The notes below the pieces were generated by a model. The model did not search any database. It was not told the origin of the DNA and saw only the letters and a list, made by a program, of their open reading frames with translations. Shown piece after piece: positions 18,856 through 27,161 of a stretch of 64,000 bases of DNA (its first letter is position 1; every line of letters starts with the position of its first letter). The position numbers were made by a program, and so were the translations under genes. Origin of the DNA: an uncultured virus (IMG/VR IMGVR_UViG_3300013741_000003) (lineage: Duplodnaviria > Heunggongvirae > Uroviricota > Caudoviricetes); IMG/VR virus record IMGVR_UViG_3300013741_000003. One strand, given 5' to 3'.

Positions 18856-19048
18856 GGATGGCTGGCACTGATCTCCAGCTTGTCTATAACACCTGCTAGT
18901 TAACACCGGAGTCTCACCGGGGCGAAGATTTCACAGGAGCTTTATTGGGACAGTGCTGGATTACAACGTGCTTACTTAACCGATTACATCCAGCGATATC
19001 TACTTCCCATCAGGTCTTACACTTTCCCGTCAGTCCGGGACTTCATCC
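18856..19048 (-). ncRNA. manA-like structured RNA (193 nt)
   Basis: GGATG/CATCC closing stem; 5' CCCG-GACTGA-CGGG loop complementary to 3' GCTGG-AGATCAGTG-CCAGC loop; CCGG-TGAGACT-CCGG hairpin; family call from recall. Confidence 0.55.
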
Positions 19049-19172
19049 ACTTAATAATAAAAAGCTAGAGTTTTAACCAGTCTTCTTTGCTTCAAGAACT
19101 ACAATATACCAACTTCACTGCTTAAACCCCGGAAGTCACCCTAGATGTACCCCGGAAGTTAAATACATAATT

Positions 19173-19257
19173 TGGTGCTCCAAGAGGGACTTGAACCCTC
19201 ACACCTTTCGGTAACAGATTTTGAGTCTGCCGCGTCTACCGATTCCACCATCAGAGC
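19173..19257 (-). tRNA. tRNA-Leu(CAA)
   Basis: full cloverleaf, GCAGA-CT-CAA-AA-TCTGT, long variable arm, ACCA end. Confidence 0.95.
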
Positions 19258-19261
19258 AATA

Positions 19262-19411
19262 TGGCAGGAGTAGAGGGATCGAACCTCACTTGATAAATAA
19301 CATTATTGAGAGCGACTCAACATTGTTCTTTATTCATAGACCAAAGGATACCTACCTTCCACATTAACTTCACCAGCGCTAGCTAAGAAAATGTGTGCCT
19401 ATGCTTCTCCT
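19262..19411 (-). ncRNA. 150-nt anticodon-less tRNA-like RNA with encoded CCA
   Basis: AGGAGAA/TACTCCT-G-CCA acceptor; GAGG-TTCGATC-CCTC T-arm; two large inserted helical domains. Confidence 0.7.
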
Positions 19412-19416
19412 ATTCT

Positions 19417-19490
19417 TGGTGTCAATGGAGGGAATCGAACCCACATCCAGAGTTTTAGAGACTCCTGCTCTACCGTTAAGCTACAAAGAC
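19417..19490 (-). tRNA. amber suppressor tRNA (anticodon CTA)
   Basis: cloverleaf with GGAGT-CT-CTA-AA-ACTCT, normal D-arm, TTCGATT loop and ACCA; two T-T mismatches in acceptor, one in T-stem. Confidence 0.8.
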
Positions 19491-19503
19491 ACGTTTTACT
19501 TGT

Positions 19504-19545
19504 CACTACAGAAATGATTCTAGCAAAACACTATCTGTAGTGCAA
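19504..19545 (-). promoter_or_regulatory. promoter of the RNA island with overlapping inverted repeat
   Basis: TTGCAC-N17-TAGAAT; CACTACAGA/TCTGTAGTG at 19504-19512 and 19534-19542. Confidence 0.65.
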
Positions 19546-19553
19546 GAACTTTT

Positions 19554-19964
19554 TCAATTATCCTTTTTATATACAGCAATTGTATTTTCTAAACTATAAT
19601 TTTCTTTATATTTTTTAGATAAATACTCCATAAAACCTTTATTAATTTCTCTATTGTCGTTACGGTTTTCAACGTTATACCAACAATTTTCTAAATTATT
19701 TTCGAAAAAAATCCATTCTGTTTCTTTTATCATTAATCCCAATAACATTTTATTTAAAGAACTTTCTGCTTTTTCCATAGTTACTGTACACAACATTGGA
19801 TCAGCAATATATAGGGTTTCTTCTTCTGAAGCTTTGAAAGCATTTAACTTGTCAATATTTAAAGAAAAATCATCAATGACAAAACCTTTTTTTATTTTTG
19901 ATAATAAAGTTGTTTTCCCTGATCCGGGTAAACCAACATAGAAAACAACTTTAATATTTCTCAT
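19554..19964 (-). CDS. small P-loop kinase (AAA_33/PNK kinase-like)
   Basis: GLPGSGKT Walker A, VIDD, lid-like NVENR. Confidence 0.7.
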   Translation of the reverse strand: MRNIKVVFYVGLPGSGKTTLLSKIKKGFVIDDFSLNIDKLNAFKASEEETLYIADPMLCTVTMEKAESSLNKMLLGLMIKETEWIFFENNLENCWYNVENRNDNREINKGFMEYLSKKYKENYSLENTIAVYKKDN

Positions 19965-19976
19965 ATTAAACCCTTT

Positions 19977-20354
19977 TTATTCTGGTATAATTTCTTTTAA
20001 ACCATCAAACAGATTTTGAGTATTCAACTTTTTAATCATATAATCAGTGGAGTTACCATAATATTCATAATTAGTTTTTTCACTGATATCCCATAATGAT
20101 TTCTGCTCAAGCTTTTTAAATTGTAAAAATGTTAAGTTTGGACAAACCATTTCAAGTAATTCAATAAATACCATTGGATCTTCTGGCTCTGGTTCGGCTG
20201 AAACTGAATGATGATGATCTGCATTCCAACAAGAACCTCCTTCTTGACCACCTACGACCCATTTTTTGGAAATTGGAAAGATTTTCTTTTTAAATTCTTT
20301 TTCTATAGCTTCTTCAAACTGTTTTACATTTTTAAACTCATGAATACTAATCAT
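19977..20354 (-). CDS. phage hypothetical protein
   Basis: W..GGQEGGSCW and EYYGN motifs. Confidence 0.7.
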   Translation of the reverse strand: MISIHEFKNVKQFEEAIEKEFKKKIFPISKKWVVGGQEGGSCWNADHHHSVSAEPEPEDPMVFIELLEMVCPNLTFLQFKKLEQKSLWDISEKTNYEYYGNSTDYMIKKLNTQNLFDGLKEIIPE

Positions 20355-20447
20355 TTATTTTTCCTCAAAATCAGATTTTATTAGCTATCTCTATAAAACC
20401 ACTATAGCTGATTCTATTATTATGCACAACTCTTTTTATGCTATTTC

Positions 20448-20765
20448 TTATTTCTCAATAAAATGCTTGCCATTAACAACAATTTCTTCTTTAGGTTTTA
20501 CTGGAGCTGTTTCTACTTTAGTTTTTTCTTCTGTTACTACTACCTGACTATTTACTTTACCTAACATCGTTGTAGTTGTAGTTGAAAGAGGGCAGCGGAT
20601 AGCATAGATTACAATACCACTTTCATTATTCATTTTATAAATAACACAATCTTTCATACCTTCGGGCAAAATGAAGTTACTGCTTGCTTCTTCGGTTCTC
20701 TTTTCACAACCAGATAAAGCAAAAATTGATGCACAGATAAGACAAGCCATAAATATTTTTTTCAT
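20448..20765 (-). CDS. lipoprotein
   Basis: LSGC lipobox; promoter at 20813-20841. Confidence 0.75.
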   Translation of the reverse strand: MKKIFMACLICASIFALSGCEKRTEEASSNFILPEGMKDCVIYKMNNESGIVIYAIRCPLSTTTTTMLGKVNSQVVVTEEKTKVETAPVKPKEEIVVNGKHFIEK

Positions 20766-20971
20766 AAAAACTCCTGATAAAAGTTATAGTTAGAAACATA
20801 AAATCAAAAAATAGTATAACAAGAATGTGTCAGATGTACAACAACTATTTGTTTTATTAAACTATAAAAATCTATTGACTCTCACACCTCATCTATTTTA
20901 TTATAGCTCTGATGTAAAAAATCATACTGAGCTAACGACTCTTTAATTAAACTTTAATTGGAGAATCGTGT

Positions 20972-21259
20972 ATGAAAAATGAAATTGAAATGAGTGTTTT
21001 TGAGATTTGTCGTAAAAATATTAAAATGCCATTAGAAGAACTTTTTCAATGGTTAGGTATTAGCGAAGAAGAACGTTATTCACTTGATTTTGGAAGTTGT
21101 TTGATTCGTTTTCTTGATAATGGTTCTGCTCAATTTAGTTGTTCAAAATCTGATTTTGATCGTTGGGCTAACTCACAAGAATACGAGTTTGATTTATATC
21201 GTCCTTCTGAACGTCGTGCCTTTTTAAATATTTTTGAGTCAAAAATGCAAGAAGTATAA
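20972..21259 (+). CDS. hypothetical protein
   Basis: GGAG SD; TTGACT-N17-TATTAT upstream. Confidence 0.65.
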   Translation: MKNEIEMSVFEICRKNIKMPLEELFQWLGISEEERYSLDFGSCLIRFLDNGSAQFSCSKSDFDRWANSQEYEFDLYRPSERRAFLNIFESKMQEV

Positions 21260-21323
21260 CTTAAAACGTTATATCTAACATAAAAGCCAATACACTAGTA
21301 TTGGCTTTTCTAATTTTATCATT

Positions 21324-21716
21324 TCATTTAAGAAAATAAGACTTTATTAAAGGTATTGTCAGCTTGTTAATCTGATATGGTGAAAGAGTTCCAAAACAAT
21401 CTCTTGTGCTCTTTTCGCATAGAAAGTCATAAGCATCTTCGATCAAATGATAAGTGTAATCATCTGGCTCACCATAGTCGTTGTAAATTTTTTCTATAGA
21501 TCTAAAACCATAAGCATCAAATCCTAACTTATCATTTACTTTGAGAAAAGCATGAATCAGTATAGGAAATCCTTCTCCTATATCGTCAATGGTCTCATCA
21601 CTATATCGAATAATAGCATGACATTCTAGCTTTTTGATTTTTGAAGCATAGATAGCAAAAATATTACAAAATCCATGAGCATGCATATATATATTATCTT
21701 GTCTGGTATTAGTCAT
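21324..21716 (-). CDS. hypothetical protein, possible Cys-His-Asp hydrolase fold
   Basis: GFCNIFA...HAF...FDAYG. Confidence 0.55.
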   Translation of the reverse strand: MTNTRQDNIYMHAHGFCNIFAIYASKIKKLECHAIIRYSDETIDDIGEGFPILIHAFLKVNDKLGFDAYGFRSIEKIYNDYGEPDDYTYHLIEDAYDFLCEKSTRDCFGTLSPYQINKLTIPLIKSYFLK

Positions 21717-21752
21717 GATAAACCTTATTATTATTATTATTATAGAAAAAAG

Positions 21753-22493
21753 TTAAATGCATCGGATATTTTTCATACCTAATACATCTTTCATTAAATC
21801 ACCAACTTTATTCTCATCATAATAATAACCAGCTTCTTCCTTATAAACTTCCTCAACAATCTCCCTGATTATTGGCATGTGTTCTTGGACTTTCATCAAG
21901 CGAAGGAATGGAGAATATTTATTTAATGTTCTTTCTACGTTTTCTTCAACAGCATCGATATACTGATTGACGTGTTCTGAAATCATTGAAAAAATCTTAA
22001 TCTTTAAAGGTTCTTCAATAATAATTTTCATTCCAAAACTTGTTGCTATTAAAGCTCCTTCTTCAAGCACCCATCCAGAATTTACTTTTGATTTATCTTC
22101 TGCTTCTACCCTTTCTTTTTGTTCAATAATACCAAAAGGCATCATCAATGCCACAGCTAACGCTTTATCTTTACCCTGCTTTTCTTTTTGGAAAGAAATG
22201 CTTAACACCCCATTATCTTCAAAATAAATATCATCTTTTGCAAAATTCTTTAATTCTCGCATAGCAGAGAAAGCAACTAAACAAGTTTTGTTGTTATCTA
22301 CAATTTTTTGCCATCTATCAAAATCAACTTGAATGTATTCTGGCTCTACTTCGTGAAAATTTTTAAGTTCAGTCAGACTGAACGAGAGGTTATTTAAAAA
22401 TGGAGAAATGCAAGAGACCTCTACATTTCCTTCAAGGATATGATTGGATATGTTTTCATCTGATCCTAAGTTATAGGTTTTATTGATTCGCAT
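21753..22493 (-). CDS. paralog family C member (start revised to MRINKT)
   Basis: AAGGA SD before ATG at 22493; G.VEVS.ISP and SEHVNQ motifs shared with 39823 and 40641. Confidence 0.75.
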   Translation of the reverse strand: MRINKTYNLGSDENISNHILEGNVEVSCISPFLNNLSFSLTELKNFHEVEPEYIQVDFDRWQKIVDNNKTCLVAFSAMRELKNFAKDDIYFEDNGVLSISFQKEKQGKDKALAVALMMPFGIIEQKERVEAEDKSKVNSGWVLEEGALIATSFGMKIIIEEPLKIKIFSMISEHVNQYIDAVEENVERTLNKYSPFLRLMKVQEHMPIIREIVEEVYKEEAGYYYDENKVGDLMKDVLGMKNIRCI

Positions 22494-22522
22494 TGGATAT
22501 CCTTTTAGGTTTTTTATGGATG

Positions 22523-22651
22523 AAAGCCGCTTCGGGTTTCTCAGGGATACTGGATTATGCGCTCTACTATTATCCCTTATTCGAATCATTCGCGCATCTA
22601 TCAGCTTGCCACGGCTTTTTTTGGTGTTTGTGAAAGAGTATCGAACTCCCT
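22523..22651 (-). ncRNA. pseudoknotted leader or small RNA
   Basis: AAAGCCG/CGGCTTT closing stem with interleaved ATGCGC/GCGCAT and AGGGATA/TATCCCT helices; 5' T-loop-like hairpin. Confidence 0.55.
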
Positions 22652-23082
22652 AACAAGAATAATAGCAAAGTATGCTATATTGTACAAGTTTTTTTACAAT
22701 AATAGATTTTTTATTTAATCAGGAAAAAATATTTTTAATATATTTAATGGTATACCTGATGTGTTAGATAAAACCTTTATTTTATTTTCATCCACTATCT
22801 TTTGTCTTCTTTTAATTTCATCATGAGATAATGGAACTCCAATATATTCTATTTTATTTATCTTTTTTCCTCTTAATGCGATTCTTTTATTCATATTTAA
22901 ACCTCATTTTTTATTTAATTTATATATTCTAACATCATAGAAATAAAAAAGTAAATTTATATTATCAATAAGCATTATTCAATATTACAATTTGTTTAAA
23001 ATTTAAATTTTATTTTTTGTGAAAAATAAAATACTATATCTATACAAAAATAACTCAAATAAAATAAATAGGAGAATAAAAT

Positions 23083-23472
23083 ATGGGACTTTGGACTAGT
23101 GCAACACTTAATCGTTTTGTTAATATTGGTGGTGGAGATGAAGAGGAAGATATATATGATTATGCCAAACATGTAAAAAAAACTTACATTGATGCACCAA
23201 AAAGTCGTGAAATAGCAAAAAAATATGGAGTTTATCTAACTACAGAAATTGTTGATGAATATAGTGCAGTTTTATTTTTAATTCATAACAAAAATAGTGA
23301 AGTTCGTGATCATTTTTATGAAGGGGAGCTTTGGGATGTTCCTGATGTCAAAGATGACGATACCTTTTTCCAACGCACTGAAGAGTTTGCTAAAGAATTT
23401 CTTCTTGCTTTTCCTGTTTGGGGAAAAATGAATTTTAGTCCAGTTGGGAAAAGATTTACCGCAATATCTTAA
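23083..23472 (+). CDS. hypothetical protein
   Basis: AGGAG SD, 129 aa, terminator after. Confidence 0.65.
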   Translation: MGLWTSATLNRFVNIGGGDEEEDIYDYAKHVKKTYIDAPKSREIAKKYGVYLTTEIVDEYSAVLFLIHNKNSEVRDHFYEGELWDVPDVKDDDTFFQRTEEFAKEFLLAFPVWGKMNFSPVGKRFTAIS

Positions 23473-23503
23473 ATAAAAAGCCTCCTAAGAGGCTTTTTTC
23501 ATT

Positions 23504-24040
23504 TTATTCTGCTGGAACTGACAAATCAATTCCATATTCATGAAGGTTTTCTTCTGTGATATGACCACTCTCAATACAACCAATCAGACAATCCCATTCA
23601 CGCATAGCTTTACGAGCGTTATCAGAACTTTTAATGTATTCATTTTCATAAGGCATTACACGATCAACAAGAGCACGGCGAGATTCATAAATAGCATGTT
23701 CTTTTTCTCTTTCTTTAATTTTTTCCAGAGAAGCTAAAGTATTTGCCATTCTTTCATTTTCAATATCAATTGTACGATCACATACTTTTACAATCGTTGC
23801 AATCAAATCCACTTTTTTACAGCTTTTCAGCATGTAACTACGAAAATCACGATATTTTTCAGACAATTCAGCAGCAATAGCTTTTACGAAATCACGAGTT
23901 TTGGCATTGTATTCAACATCCTTAACACGATCTTTTGTCATTTCACAATAAGCAATAACAGCATTATGACCATCAATAGCGCGAGCTGCTTCAGCACGTT
24001 TAAGAGCAATAGCATCTGACTCTGTTACTTTCATGTTCAT
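23504..24040 (-). CDS. helical hypothetical protein
   Basis: GAGG SD, promoter at 24070-24098. Confidence 0.7.
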   Translation of the reverse strand: MNMKVTESDAIALKRAEAARAIDGHNAVIAYCEMTKDRVKDVEYNAKTRDFVKAIAAELSEKYRDFRSYMLKSCKKVDLIATIVKVCDRTIDIENERMANTLASLEKIKEREKEHAIYESRRALVDRVMPYENEYIKSSDNARKAMREWDCLIGCIESGHITEENLHEYGIDLSVPAE

Positions 24041-24289
24041 TCGTTAATCCTCATTCGTTTAGATGACTTATTTTATCAAAAAACGTGGTCATGCACAAGC
24101 AAAAAATCATGAAAAAATAAACTAAAAGTTCTTATAAAACATAAAGGTAACGGGAGTCTCTTTCTTTTTTCTAGCTAATGCTTTTCTCATTGTTACTTGC
24201 TCAAAATAAATATTCATGTTCTTCATGTTTTTAAATGTTTCAATATCTTTGGTTGTATTACCATATACTTTTCTCATTATGACTCCTGA

Positions 24290-24655
24290 TTAATAATCTC
24301 TGCGATAAGGGGCAATAACTAAAGAAATATCCATTTCTTTAAATTCTTCTTCATGTTGCATTAAATCTTCAATAACATTGTCGTCACTGGAATGTAGATA
24401 GATAGTTTTCAGCAGAGGATATCCTTCTCGTCCACTGTATAAAACCTCGTAAACGAATTCAGAACCAAAAAGAAAGTTATCATCCATATAATAATCAAGA
24501 TATAATACTTCAATTTCTTTTGAATGCTCTGATACATACTGAATAGCTTGGCGAATATTTTTCAACCACAAAACATTTTCTGCTTCTGTTTTTGGCAAAA
24601 AATGATGAGGATTACGTGTATCATCAATCCAGATATTTTTATTATCCACGGCAAT
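24290..24655 (-). CDS. cyclic-phosphate-processing receiver-like protein, copy 2
   Basis: IWIDDTRNP...LYLDYYM..GSE...IYLHS; start uncertain. Confidence 0.65.
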   Translation of the reverse strand: MAVDNKNIWIDDTRNPHHFLPKTEAENVLWLKNIRQAIQYVSEHSKEIEVLYLDYYMDDNFLFGSEFVYEVLYSGREGYPLLKTIYLHSSDDNVIEDLMQHEEEFKEMDISLVIAPYRRDY

Positions 24656-25007
24656 TTCCTTTTTTATTACGATAAGGCGCAACTTCGAGACTAATCCCTT
24701 GATTTTCTAAATTTGGAGCTAATTCCATTAGTTCATCAATAGCATCATCATCGTTTGAATGAAGATAAATAGATTTTAGGTTAGGAAACATTTTCTTTCC
24801 ACCGCGTTTTGCATAGAAAACAAATTCAGAACCAAAAATAACAGGACTATCCATGTAATAATCTAGATACAAAACTTCAATTTCTTCTGATTTCTTTAGA
24901 AATAAATTCAATGCTTCACGAATTGCTTTAACCCAAATAACACCTTCAGATTCTTTTTCTGAAAGATAATCTTTAGGGTTGCGTTCATCATCGATCCAAA
25001 CTTTCAT
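24642..25007 (-). CDS. cyclic-phosphate-processing receiver-like protein, copy 1
   Basis: VWIDDERNP...LYLDYYM..GSE...IYLHSN. Confidence 0.7.
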   Translation of the reverse strand: MKVWIDDERNPKDYLSEKESEGVIWVKAIREALNLFLKKSEEIEVLYLDYYMDSPVIFGSEFVFYAKRGGKKMFPNLKSIYLHSNDDDAIDELMELAPNLENQGISLEVAPYRNKKGNCRG

Positions 25008-25150
25008 TTAATTATCCTTATTGGCTAATAATGTTATTGATTTTGTTTAAAAGTTTAATATATGAAGCATCATTACTTTTAGTTTTAATTTCGTTGAAAT
25101 CACCGCGCTCAATCTGAAACACTTCACCATTAAAATTTAAATTAAACTTT

Positions 25151-25669
25151 TCAACTGTTGCTATTTTTTGTTTCCTTATACTTTTTAAGGTCTTCAAAGA
25201 ATCCAGATGATTTAAGTTTTTCTCTCAGATATTCTTCACCACTGTATTCACCATATTTTTCATGTTCATATGACCAATCATGATTATGGTAAATCATAGA
25301 TCCAGCTTCAAATGGATTAAGCTTTAAAACAGCATTTAACAAGGTGTCACTATAATTATGAGCTGTAGACATAACTGTTAAATCTTTGCCAGTGATGTAA
25401 TCTTTAATCACTAATACACATGAAGATCCTATATCAAATGTATTAATACCAAATCCCACAACAGGATCATTCCATTCATTTGAAATATAGATAACTGGCT
25501 TACCCACCATCATTTCTATTTCTATACGTTTAATTTCAGAACGTCTTTTAAAACTTGTTTCTCTTTGTTCTTCCATACCTAAACGGAAAGACATAGATTT
25601 TTCAGCATTAATTTCTTCATTAAAGAAGGATTTTACTAAAGAAAAAAGTTTTGCTTTAAGCTTAGACAT
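25151..25669 (-). CDS. hypothetical protein
   Basis: 172-aa ORF. Confidence 0.7.
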   Translation of the reverse strand: MSKLKAKLFSLVKSFFNEEINAEKSMSFRLGMEEQRETSFKRRSEIKRIEIEMMVGKPVIYISNEWNDPVVGFGINTFDIGSSCVLVIKDYITGKDLTVMSTAHNYSDTLLNAVLKLNPFEAGSMIYHNHDWSYEHEKYGEYSGEEYLREKLKSSGFFEDLKKYKETKNSNS

Positions 25670-25931
25670 TTTGGTTTCTCGTCATCGTTAATATGTCAAC
25701 ATTGTAGCAAAAAACCTAGTCCTTAACAAGCAAAAAGACACATCGGAATGTGTCTTTTATACTGATTATTATGATAAACCTAATCTCTTCCTTTCCTCAA
25801 GCCTTTCTTTTAAAACTTTAGCTTCGAGCACTTTACCTCTTCCCGTTTTCCCTGTTTTTACAGCAATCCTTACATCAACTTTTGTTTCGTTGCTTACTAT
25901 TTTATCTTCTTTCATTATTTTTCCTCATTTT

Positions 25932-27026
25932 TTATCTGAATAAAATTTCAAAATAACCTTTATTATAATATTCTTCTTTCTCTTTTGTTAGATTGCCCCA
26001 ATTTTTTTCAACGTATTGAGCCTGAGAAATTACTTTATCCATAGGATCATTTTTATTTATAGCGTAGTCTAATATTGTATAAACAGGAAGTCCTATATTA
26101 TAATTATTTCCTACTTCATTGATTGGATCTATAGCTACTACATGCCTGAAGCTATTACCAATTTTAAACAATTCCCTTAGTTTATCATAATTTCCAGTCT
26201 CATAGTAATGTTTTATATCTGCATTTAGCGTATTAATTATTTCTATGTTTTCTTCATCTACTCTTTTTTCTTCTTTACTATTATATCCATATTGCTTATA
26301 TGCGTCATTCTTTTTCTTTAAATAATCTTTATCAGGGAAATAAATATCTTTATTAAATCCATTTTCAACTAATAACTTCCCTAAATTATCATATACATGC
26401 CTTTCAGTTTGTGCATTATAATCTGTTGAAATCATAAAGTAGGTAGACATTTGTTTTCTCATGTTAACATCATCGAATGTTTTTTTATATATTTTATCTT
26501 TTTCGTATACTTGAGATATTTTTTGATTCAATTCTGGATATTTATCATAATCAAACACTTCTTTTTCAGAATGATTTTTTGTAATGTTATTTAACTCACT
26601 ATATACTAATCCGGGATTGGCATACTGACTATTTAGAGATAGCATGGTTTTTAACATTATCCCACTATCTTTCTTAAAGTTTGAAGCTTTTTGAAAAGCT
26701 GGATTATCACCACCTTTATAGCCATACATATATTCGAATGTTAACAAATCTCTTTTGAAATCGGCATCAGAATAGGGAACCGTAGACATTTGCTCTTTAA
26801 AATAATTATAATTATCCAGTTTAGCATTATTTTCTACTTTATAGTTTATGGTCGAGTTGATATGGTGAATATTAGTCGCAGTAACAGCTACATCATATGC
26901 AGCAATAGAACTAATCACCATAGCAAAACCTATAGCCATTTTTTTTAGTTTGCTTCTTTTTCTTATATTTTGATTTAAAGTTTTAGATCGACTTTCAAAC
27001 TCTACTTTATTTTTGGTTTTTAGCAT
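25932..27026 (-). CDS. membrane-anchored paralog family A member
   Basis: basic N-terminus + TM helix; VPYSDADFKRDL and YYETGNYDKLRELFKIGN. Confidence 0.8.
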   Translation of the reverse strand: MLKTKNKVEFESRSKTLNQNIRKRSKLKKMAIGFAMVISSIAAYDVAVTATNIHHINSTINYKVENNAKLDNYNYFKEQMSTVPYSDADFKRDLLTFEYMYGYKGGDNPAFQKASNFKKDSGIMLKTMLSLNSQYANPGLVYSELNNITKNHSEKEVFDYDKYPELNQKISQVYEKDKIYKKTFDDVNMRKQMSTYFMISTDYNAQTERHVYDNLGKLLVENGFNKDIYFPDKDYLKKKNDAYKQYGYNSKEEKRVDEENIEIINTLNADIKHYYETGNYDKLRELFKIGNSFRHVVAIDPINEVGNNYNIGLPVYTILDYAINKNDPMDKVISQAQYVEKNWGNLTKEKEEYYNKGYFEILFR

Positions 27027-27081
27027 ATTATTTTACCTATTTTTTAAATAACTTAATATTCAATATTGCTATATTTTTTAC

Positions 27082-27091
27082 NNNNNNNNNN
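27082..27091. other. scaffold gap probably hiding another family A gene
   Basis: N run flanked by an MLKTK start and a duplicated intergenic spacer. Confidence 0.7.
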
Positions 27092-27161
27092 TTTTTTGTT
27101 TTTAACATATTATTTTACCTATTTTTTTAAATGATCTAAGATTTCAATATTGCTATATTTT

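Noticed and set aside
15137..19411. tmRNA or RNase P RNA among the ncRNAs
   Set aside because: No G3:U70 alanine acceptor with tag ORF, and no GAGGAAAGTCC-type RNase P core seen.
22494..22589. N-terminal extension of the 21753 ORF
   Set aside because: Absent in paralogs; the SD precedes ATG 22493 and the segment folds as RNA.
22523..22618. Hammerhead ribozyme (CTGATAGA...GAAAC)
   Set aside because: Core is not CUGANGA and the flanking stems do not give hammerhead topology.
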